Assembly (NCBI GenBank): GCA_035402765.1
Contig: DAONDX010000002.1
Coordinates: 65,173-129,172, forward strand
Direction of reading: 5' to 3'
Origin: Candidatus Omnitrophota bacterium
GTDB taxonomy: Bacteria > Omnitrophota > Gorgyraeia > Gygaellales > Profunditerraquicolaceae
Length of the DNA stretch: 64,000 bases
This document shows, piece by piece, positions 57,417 to 64,000 of the stretch. The number at the start of each line of letters is the position of its first letter. Position 1 is the stretch's first letter. Made by a program: the position numbers and the translations under genes. The notes under the pieces are model-generated. The model saw only the letters and a list, made by a program, of their open reading frames with translations. It had not been told where the DNA came from and searched no databases.

Positions 57417-58033
57417 ATCTTACATTTAGGATTACGCTTACGACAATAATCCTTACCTAGTTTTACTAACAAAGCGTGATATTCCCCGAATAACTGCACG
57501 TCATGCTTGAGATTATCCGTAAAAAGATCCTGCAGTTGCGCGTAATCGGCCTGGGCCTTAATTAATCCATGCCGCGACAATATTCTTTTGGTATATGCAT
57601 CCACCACAAATACCGGCTTATTTAAAGCGTAAAGCAGTATCGAATCGGCAGTTTCCGGACCGATGCCTTTGACCGCTAAAAGTTGCCGGCGCAAAACCCC
57701 TTGATCGCCAGCAACCATTCGTCCAATCTTTGCGGCGTAAACTTCAAAGAAAAATTTTAAAAAACACTTAAGGCGCCCGGCTTTAACATTATAGTATCCA
57801 GTATTTCTGATCAAAGCGGCCAGTTGTTTTTCCGGCAGCCGATAAAGTTTCCGGGCATTTAAAAGTTTACGGCTGCTCAGCAGCGCAATCGCTTTCTCCA
57901 CATTAGACCAGCTGGTATTCTGAGTAAGGATCGCTCCGACGATTACTTCAAATCGGCTTTGCGCCGGCCACCAATTTTGTCGCCCGAAAGCCGAAGATAA
58001 CCGTTTGTAAATCAGCTTTAAGGGGCGCTTCAT
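57386..58033 (-). CDS. HhH-GPD superfamily base-excision DNA glycosylase-like protein (endonuclease III-related)
   Basis: 215 aa. HhH-GPD LKAVKGIGPETADSILLYAL...VDAY. C-terminal Cys cluster (CRKRNPKCKICP). Confidence 0.7.
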   Translation of the reverse strand: MKRPLKLIYKRLSSAFGRQNWWPAQSRFEVIVGAILTQNTSWSNVEKAIALLSSRKLLNARKLYRLPEKQLAALIRNTGYYNVKAGRLKCFLKFFFEVYAAKIGRMVAGDQGVLRRQLLAVKGIGPETADSILLYALNKPVFVVDAYTKRILSRHGLIKAQADYAQLQDLFTDNLKHDVQLFGEYHALLVKLGKDYCRKRNPKCKICPLWSIKNA

Positions 58034-59967
58034 TCCTTAAGTTCTAAAGGATTAAACCCATAATAAGCAAACAAGGTATAGGTCGTACCCGATACCGAAC
58101 CCGTATGGCTGCCTTTAGGAGTAGACCAGCCATGACCGGTATCTACCTGGTCAAGCGTGGCATAAGGCAGACAACCTTGGCCTTGACCGGAAGGAGAAGC
58201 GCTGGAAATAATCATATTGCCTAATTCACTCAAATACATTTGAGCTTTCTGGCCATAACGGGCGGCTTTACTTTTATTATTCCTTTTCAAATAAAAATCT
58301 TCCATAATTTTATAGGAAACCACCATTTGCGCTGTCCATTCCGAAGACACCACTCCGCCGCGGGAAGTGTGGCGTTGCGGGGCAAAATCAAATCCTTTTA
58401 TTTTTACGCGCTGGTCGCCAGCGCGCATAAAATCAACCTGAACGCTGCAATTTTCTTCCACAAATTCCAAGATCTTATCCGGATCCATGCCTAAAGTTAA
58501 CAATTTTTCCGGACCGACCGCGGCAATACTCCAAGCATAAGTATCGGTAGCAATCGTTGAATCTCCCTTGCCGCGTTTAACCGGTAAATCCGGGCGGTCA
58601 TAAGTATTATTTACCATCCAGTTTAGGGCTTTTTGCGCGGCCTGGGCATAAACGGCTTTCCCCGTCACTTGAGCTAACATATTAAAAAAAGCGTAGGCAT
58701 CAAGGTTATGTTCCGTAGAATACCATTCTACCGTCGGACCTCCGCGGATGCCTTCTCCGGGATCCTGGTTCTGCAGATTAATGATCGTATCAGCGATGCT
58801 TTCCGCCAGATCTAAATAACGCGAATCTTTAGTAAACTGCATATACTGCATAACCGCCAAACCCACCCAAAGATTCGGCCCGCTGTGCATAATAAACTCC
58901 GCCGGAGCCCCATCATCAACATAATAAGCATTTAAAAACCAGCCGTTTTCTCTTTTGGCATCCCGGGCGAAAAAATCTAATATTTTCCGGGCGCGGTCAA
59001 AATCTGAAAACCGGCTATAGGCCTGGATTAATAAAGCCAGATCATAAGTAAAAGACCAATTAGCGATTTCTTTGTCGCCTTCGAAACTAGCGACCAAGCC
59101 GGTACGATTATTCTGATGAATCTTAAGCCATTGATACATCTTATCAAAATTGGCTTTTTCCAAGACCAGCTTCTTTTCATCCAACTGGGTTAGTTCTTGG
59201 GTGGCCAGGTTCTCATTGCGTTTGGCCGCTGACAGCTTGGCTTCTAAATCTTGCTTCTCCCGGGATAAACTTTCGATCAGATCATTTAGTTGTTTAATTT
59301 GAATTAAATCACCGGACTGAATCTTAGTTTTTTGAGCCTCTACGGATCTAATCTGCGCCTGGAGAATCCTTAATTTCGATTGAAAATTTTTACGCTCGGC
59401 AGTAACCTCCTCAATTCTTTGCTTGGCAAGATTAGAATCTTTTAAAACATTGGCTAACCTTTCGATCAGCAGCTTATTGCCCTGGGTGAGTTTAAAATTT
59501 AAATAACTATTTACGCCTAAAGCGCAGCCCAAAATTATCACCAAAGCCAAAACCGCCGGGACGAAAAGTTTCTTAAACCAGGCATAACGCATCAACTTGC
59601 TATTTTGCTCTGCCGGTATACGTTCATAATTTAATCCCACTAAATATTGATGTTTATTACCGAAGATATCTTTGACCCAGACAATGGTTGCGGAAGCTAA
59701 AATAGGTTTTAGGCTGATCGGAATATCAATTTCTAATGCTAATTTAATCTTTTTTTCTTTCAGAGTTTTTAATAACTCCGCATTAAGATTGTTGATGGCC
59801 AGGCAAAGACCACCCCGGCTGATATTATTAGTAAAACCCTGCAGCCAGTCGGAAAGAAAAACCCCGGTTTCCGGATTAACCAGGCGGAATTGCACCGGAA
59901 AAACCGTATCCAGACGCAGATATTTTCTTTGCTCCAGAGAAATTGTTTTTTTATGGCCAAATAACAT
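58030..59967 (-). CDS. PilZ (c-di-GMP-binding) domain - TM - coiled coil - (alpha/alpha)6-type glycoside-hydrolase-like domain fusion
   Basis: 645 aa. N-terminal PilZ motifs (RKYLRLDT; NNISRGG). One TM (LFVPAVLALVIILG). ~130-aa coiled coil. C-terminal ~350 aa W/Y-rich helical-toroid-like domain; tentative. Confidence 0.55.
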   Translation of the reverse strand: MLFGHKKTISLEQRKYLRLDTVFPVQFRLVNPETGVFLSDWLQGFTNNISRGGLCLAINNLNAELLKTLKEKKIKLALEIDIPISLKPILASATIVWVKDIFGNKHQYLVGLNYERIPAEQNSKLMRYAWFKKLFVPAVLALVIILGCALGVNSYLNFKLTQGNKLLIERLANVLKDSNLAKQRIEEVTAERKNFQSKLRILQAQIRSVEAQKTKIQSGDLIQIKQLNDLIESLSREKQDLEAKLSAAKRNENLATQELTQLDEKKLVLEKANFDKMYQWLKIHQNNRTGLVASFEGDKEIANWSFTYDLALLIQAYSRFSDFDRARKILDFFARDAKRENGWFLNAYYVDDGAPAEFIMHSGPNLWVGLAVMQYMQFTKDSRYLDLAESIADTIINLQNQDPGEGIRGGPTVEWYSTEHNLDAYAFFNMLAQVTGKAVYAQAAQKALNWMVNNTYDRPDLPVKRGKGDSTIATDTYAWSIAAVGPEKLLTLGMDPDKILEFVEENCSVQVDFMRAGDQRVKIKGFDFAPQRHTSRGGVVSSEWTAQMVVSYKIMEDFYLKRNNKSKAARYGQKAQMYLSELGNMIISSASPSGQGQGCLPYATLDQVDTGHGWSTPKGSHTGSVSGTTYTLFAYYGFNPLELKE

Positions 59968-60039
59968 TTTCTTTCCTTAAAAACAGTAGACTTTGAATTC
60001 TATTTTATAACAAATAACCGCTAACGCAAACTTATAATT

Positions 60040-60888
60040 TTATTCGCAGGCTTTTAGGTTTAAAATATTATCCAGACGGAAAATGCGCTGCTCCTTTTTT
60101 AGGCAACAATAGCCAACCAGATATTTATATTTATTATCCTGGCGGATCTCCTGCGGGATAACTTCCCGCTGGGAGATCTCTCCATTATGGCTGGAAATAT
60201 AATTAAATTTAAGCACCGAGCCGCTGCGGATATATTTGTTGATCAAAACGGTTTTCTCGATATTCGAACTTTCAAGCAGCGCCGGATTATAGGCAAAAAG
60301 ATTGGAAAAATCAGTAAAACCGGTTATGCCTTTTTGCCGGCAAATTACCTTCAGCCTGCTAAAAACCTCCCAGGTCATCTCGACATCGGCCAACGCCCGG
60401 TGCTTCTGTTTTAAATTAATTTCTAATTTCTCCGCGACAAACCACAGGGGATAACGCGGCAGTCCCGGCAGGAGTTTTTTCGCCATGGTTAATACATCAA
60501 AAACTGCCAAACCCGTAAGCGGCCCGGCGCCTAACAACTGCAATTCATGATTTAAAAAACCCAGGTCAAACTCAGCATTATAAGAACAAAGACAGCTTCC
60601 CTGAACAAATTCTAAAAATTTGGGAATGACCGTTTCGATACCGGGGGCGCCTTGTAACATTTCCGGAGTAATTTTATTTACCGCAAAAGCTCCCGGAGAA
60701 ATCAAACGCCCCGGATTAACCAATACATCAAATTCCGCCAGCCGTCTTTGCCCTTTGACTCTTAATCCGGCTAACTCCACAATGCGGTCTCCGGAAAACG
60801 GGTTAAGCCCGGTAGTCTCGGTATCAAAAATGGTAAATTCCAGCTCTTCAATATTTTCGTTCATCTCGAGTGGCAATGTAAGCGGCAA
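60040..60888 (-). CDS. DEDDh 3'-5' exonuclease (DnaQ/epsilon-like) with C-terminal extension
   Basis: 282 aa. Exo I FDTETTGL, Exo II region, Exo III HRALADVEMT. Confidence 0.75.
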   Translation of the reverse strand: MPLTLPLEMNENIEELEFTIFDTETTGLNPFSGDRIVELAGLRVKGQRRLAEFDVLVNPGRLISPGAFAVNKITPEMLQGAPGIETVIPKFLEFVQGSCLCSYNAEFDLGFLNHELQLLGAGPLTGLAVFDVLTMAKKLLPGLPRYPLWFVAEKLEINLKQKHRALADVEMTWEVFSRLKVICRQKGITGFTDFSNLFAYNPALLESSNIEKTVLINKYIRSGSVLKFNYISSHNGEISQREVIPQEIRQDNKYKYLVGYCCLKKEQRIFRLDNILNLKACE

Positions 60889-61753
60889 CTAAACGCGCCG
60901 GTTTATAAGCCAGCTTGGTTTTGCGCAAATTCTCCAGGCCCGAATCATCCATAATATTAATATATTGATAGCCTGTTAACTCCTGGCTAAACTGACGAAA
61001 AATAAACTGCGCCAATCCCTTAATGGTCAGGTCAGTAATTTCATAAAGTATACAGAATATTTCTTTATTGAGCCGGTAGCCAAAACTAAAAGCCTTGATC
61101 TGTTTATCTATTTTAACCACAATACCCTCTAATCCCAGCTTTTGATAATTCGCGAATGCCTCTTTGATAAGCTGACGGTTATCCTCAAGCATCCCGCAAT
61201 AAACAGTATCTTGGCATTGAGACTTACGCTGGAGTATCCAGGAATCGAACAGATCCAGACAACCCGGCCGATCCGTTAATTTAAGTATGCTTGCGGCAAA
61301 ATCATAATGTTTGGTAAAATAATTATACGCGGCACGCTGAGATTTAAATTTATTTCCTTTCAGGAGCGCTAAATCCCGGCGCCGGCAAAGATAATCCGGG
61401 TATTTTTCATTACACAGATAACCCAAAGAACGGTATCCGGCTAAATCTTCCTGCGGGATATTCTCAATGCGTGAGATATCCTTGTTTTGATTAAACTGGT
61501 CCATGATTGAGAAAGCCTGAGGGATAACTTCCGGCTGCACACGCAGCGACAGCGGCGGCAAATACATAAAACAACCCAAAGCATCCCGGAAGAAGATACA
61601 CAGGCATCCTTTAATAATTACCCATTCAATATTATAAAAAACGCGCCAGAAATAGATATTCGCAAACGAGAAAGCCGCCAGTTCATGCGGGGAAAAAGCC
61701 AGGTACCGGGCAAATAATCTTTGGTCTTTTAAAGTTAATTTATTTAACTTCAT
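60848..61753 (-). CDS. DUF2156-domain protein (MprF C-terminal / aminoacyl-tRNA-dependent transferase-like GNAT fold)
   Basis: 301 aa. N-terminal LKDQRLFARYLAFSPHELAAFSFANIYFWRVFYNIEWVIIKGCLCIF matches the DUF2156 signature as I recall it. Confidence 0.5.
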   Translation of the reverse strand: MKLNKLTLKDQRLFARYLAFSPHELAAFSFANIYFWRVFYNIEWVIIKGCLCIFFRDALGCFMYLPPLSLRVQPEVIPQAFSIMDQFNQNKDISRIENIPQEDLAGYRSLGYLCNEKYPDYLCRRRDLALLKGNKFKSQRAAYNYFTKHYDFAASILKLTDRPGCLDLFDSWILQRKSQCQDTVYCGMLEDNRQLIKEAFANYQKLGLEGIVVKIDKQIKAFSFGYRLNKEIFCILYEITDLTIKGLAQFIFRQFSQELTGYQYINIMDDSGLENLRKTKLAYKPARLVAAYIATRDERKY

Positions 61754-62249
61754 GGGACAGGTTTAATTCCGCTACTTCCCGGACCTCTTCATAAGCCTGG
61801 ATAATTTGAGGATTATCCTTAAGCATCGAACGCAGCGGACGGGAATTAAGATAACCGGTCAAATAAACAATATAATCTTTGGCCGCCGGGCTGTTGATTT
61901 GTTCATAGACATAAGGGCAATTTAAATCTACCGTTAATAAAACTTTGCCCTTGCGAAGATTAATCAGAAATGGATAGAGCTGGCATTCAAACGGACGGGT
62001 ATCGTAAATTTTACATTTATTATCCTGCACCCCTAAAAACGGGCAGATAAAATCTGCGCCGGAGGGGTTGGCAACCACCTTGATGCGGTGGTCAATAGAC
62101 ATGGCCACTGCTGGAATTCCCGGTTTATCCAGTAAACCCTGGACCTCTTCATCCAAAAGACAGGGGCTCCACACCGAATCTTCTTCCTTAAACCGGCAGC
62201 AGCCCCGGCATTTAATACAAAAATCCTGGGGAACAAATTGTTTGATCAC
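61740..62249 (-). CDS. YkgJ-family Cys-cluster (putative Zn/Fe-binding) protein
   Basis: 169 aa. CIKCRGCCRF plus further Cys (CPFL..CKIY..C). Confidence 0.55.
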   Translation of the reverse strand: MIKQFVPQDFCIKCRGCCRFKEEDSVWSPCLLDEEVQGLLDKPGIPAVAMSIDHRIKVVANPSGADFICPFLGVQDNKCKIYDTRPFECQLYPFLINLRKGKVLLTVDLNCPYVYEQINSPAAKDYIVYLTGYLNSRPLRSMLKDNPQIIQAYEEVREVAELNLSHEVK

Positions 62250-62566
62250 TTTACCACGCTCCCCAATTTCAGGTTTTTTTCCGGGGTAACGACGGCCAAC
62301 AAATTTTCATCTGAACCGGCTAAAATCATCCCCTGGCTTTCAACTCCCCGCAAAATCACCGGATCTAAATTATCCACCACAACCACCTGTTTACCGATTA
62401 ATTCTTCCCGGGTGTAGAATTTTTTAATTCCCGCCACCACCTGTTTTTGCCGGTCACCTAAATCTAAAGTTAAAACTACCAGCTTATCGGCATTCGGATG
62501 GTCAGCAACCTCTTTAATCTGAGCAATCTTAAATTCTAATTTTCTAAAATCATCAATCGTGGCCAT
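62246..62566 (-). CDS. Stand-alone tRNA-binding OB-fold protein (CsaA/Trbp111/Myf domain)
   Basis: 106 aa. FKIAQIKEVADHPNADKLVVLTLDLGD...RGVESQGMILA matches the tRNA-binding domain found at the MetRS/PheT C-terminus and in CsaA. Confidence 0.75.
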   Translation of the reverse strand: MATIDDFRKLEFKIAQIKEVADHPNADKLVVLTLDLGDRQKQVVAGIKKFYTREELIGKQVVVVDNLDPVILRGVESQGMILAGSDENLLAVVTPEKNLKLGSVVK

Positions 62567-62614
62567 TTTAAATCACTCTCTTTCTTTTAAACCGCTGTTT
62601 AATAAAAATTTTAA

Positions 62615-64000
62615 TTAAAACGTTAACTCCACATAAAACTCAAACTGATAAGCATTATTGGCTGAACCATCCCCGCGCAGGTAAGGGCTAAATGTGCTTC
62701 CGTCGACATCATCGCGTTTTTCTTTATAATATTTTCCGGGAATAAAACAACCCCCGAGCACACCGACATTAATGTGTTCGGTTAATTTATAATCAACAAA
62801 TAAATCCGCCTCCCAGCCTAAATCCCGGGAAAGGTATTTACTTTCTCCGTCTAAAGTCCCTACCGGACGGGAAAAAGCCCTTAAATAATACCCGTATAGC
62901 CCCACGCAAAGCTTATCGGTAAAATTATAGTCAAAACCAACCGAAGGCATAATCAGGTTTTCAAAATCACCGGGTGCAAATGTACCCGGCCGGGGTACTC
63001 CGTAATTTAAACCGAACCCTCCTCCCATCGCGATAATCGGAAGCATATCGGCATTACTGCTGCATACCGCATCGCCAAGGTTAGTGTTAGTCGGAGAATA
63101 GTAACTAAAAGCCCGGTTCTTACCGGAAACATAAGGCGCATCCGGCTGTCCTGCCATATCTAAAGTCGCTTTATTTCCGGAACAGAATAAAAATTGCAGC
63201 TCCGGAACAAATTTACCTAAAGTATAATCAAAAGCGGAATAAAACATATAACCGGTATGTTCAATATCTTTATATGCGCTATCCTCACTTTGAGCGTAGC
63301 CGAAATTACGCGCCGCTTCTAGTTTTAAAGTAAAATTATCAGCCGCATATTCCCAGGCCGTTCCAAAAGTTCCCAAGAGGTCCCTTTTAACCGGAGTGGC
63401 ATATAGATTATAGCGCTTGCCGCTAGAAGTATAATCTGCCAGCATCCCGACATAAGGCCAAAAAGTCTGTTTGCCGGAGGTAATTTTTACGTCCGTTGAG
63501 AAAAAATTAGCCGCATTCGGCTCATAATCCTGCCCCTCTTGCTCCTCTTGTTTTACATGCGGGCCCAAAATATTTTTATAAACTAAATCCGGCCGGCAAT
63601 AATAAAAGCGCCAAAAAATATCCGGCGTCTGATAATAAAAAGTGGCTCCGTAATTTTCGTAGCTGCCGTTTAAACTAAAACCGTTACCGACTTCATATAT
63701 ATACAACCCGGCCTTCAGGCCAAAATTGCCCCAGAGTTTATTATCCAGCCAGAATTCTTCGACTTGCGGCAATAATTCTGAATTTCGGTATTCTTCTATT
63801 TGGCCGCCGGCGGTCATCAGTTTATTATGAATAAAAAGCGGAGCATCATAATCATAAGGACCGTTGCGTTCAAATTTTAGGTAAACTTTGCTCCCGGAAC
63901 CTTTAAACTCCGCATCAAAAGCCAGACTATAATCAATACCCAAATAGGTAGTGCGGTCATCCCGGTTATGGCTGTCTAAACCCACCACATTTTTCCAGGT
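62615..64000 (-). CDS. Outer-membrane beta-barrel protein, 5'-partial (continues past window end)
   Basis: C-terminal ...FEFYVELTF (terminal Phe, alternating aromatic/hydrophobic beta-strand pattern). Reading frame stays open upstream of the GTG at 63988 to position 64000. Confidence 0.5.
   Translation of the reverse strand, partial: TWKNVVGLDSHNRDDRTTYLGIDYSLAFDAEFKGSGSKVYLKFERNGPYDYDAPLFIHNKLMTAGGQIEEYRNSELLPQVEEFWLDNKLWGNFGLKAGLYIYEVGNGFSLNGSYENYGATFYYQTPDIFWRFYYCRPDLVYKNILGPHVKQEEQEGQDYEPNAANFFSTDVKITSGKQTFWPYVGMLADYTSSGKRYNLYATPVKRDLLGTFGTAWEYAADNFTLKLEAARNFGYAQSEDSAYKDIEHTGYMFYSAFDYTLGKFVPELQFLFCSGNKATLDMAGQPDAPYVSGKNRAFSYYSPTNTNLGDAVCSSNADMLPIIAMGGGFGLNYGVPRPGTFAPGDFENLIMPSVGFDYNFTDKLCVGLYGYYLRAFSRPVGTLDGESKYLSRDLGWEADLFVDYKLTEHINVGVLGGCFIPGKYYKEKRDDVDGSTFSPYLRGDGSANNAYQFEFYVELTF

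Overview
Gene-dense segment, almost entirely minus-strand coding, probably from an uncultivated diderm bacterium. LptE-, BamD/YbgF-like and C-terminal-Phe outer-membrane proteins support the diderm call. I did not try to name the taxon. Most genes are housekeeping: uvrC-like, murJ, rpsT, holA-like, comEC/comEA, leuS, nfo, rlmN, accA, folE, mnmE, folC, purH, yifB, plus tRNA-Ala(GGC) and tRNA-Leu(CAA).

The standout is a roughly 10 kb operon (about 24.2-34.7 kb) that reads as a complete type II (aromatic) polyketide synthase locus. It holds KS-alpha with an intact Cys-His-His triad, a triad-less KS-beta/CLF partner translationally coupled by a TAATG overlap, an ACP, a TcmN/WhiE-type aromatase/cyclase (SRPBCC), a PF04199-type cyclase, an SDR ketoreductase, a class-B B12-binding radical SAM enzyme, an ApbA/PanE-family reductase, an odd tandem-duplicated Cys-rich protein, an MFS exporter and a PadR regulator with a perfect 26-bp palindrome in the presumed promoter.

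Other notable items:
- a three-copy, about 65-bp structured intergenic repeat with compensatory stem changes;
- a DHAP-shunt-like 5'-deoxynucleoside/MTA salvage cluster (nucleoside phosphorylase, MtnA-like, class II aldolase-SCP2 fusion, ALDH, CoA ligase);
- a lysine 2,3-aminomutase followed by two tandem D-Ala-D-Ala-ligase-family ATP-grasp enzymes (candidate beta-lysine peptide/solute pathway);
- a G-domain-less YchF C-terminal protein;
- a PilZ-glycoside-hydrolase-like fusion;
- an operon joining a DUF2156 (MprF C-terminal, aminoacyl-tRNA-transferase fold) protein with a CsaA/Trbp111 tRNA-binding protein.

No CRISPR array, transposase or integrase was seen.
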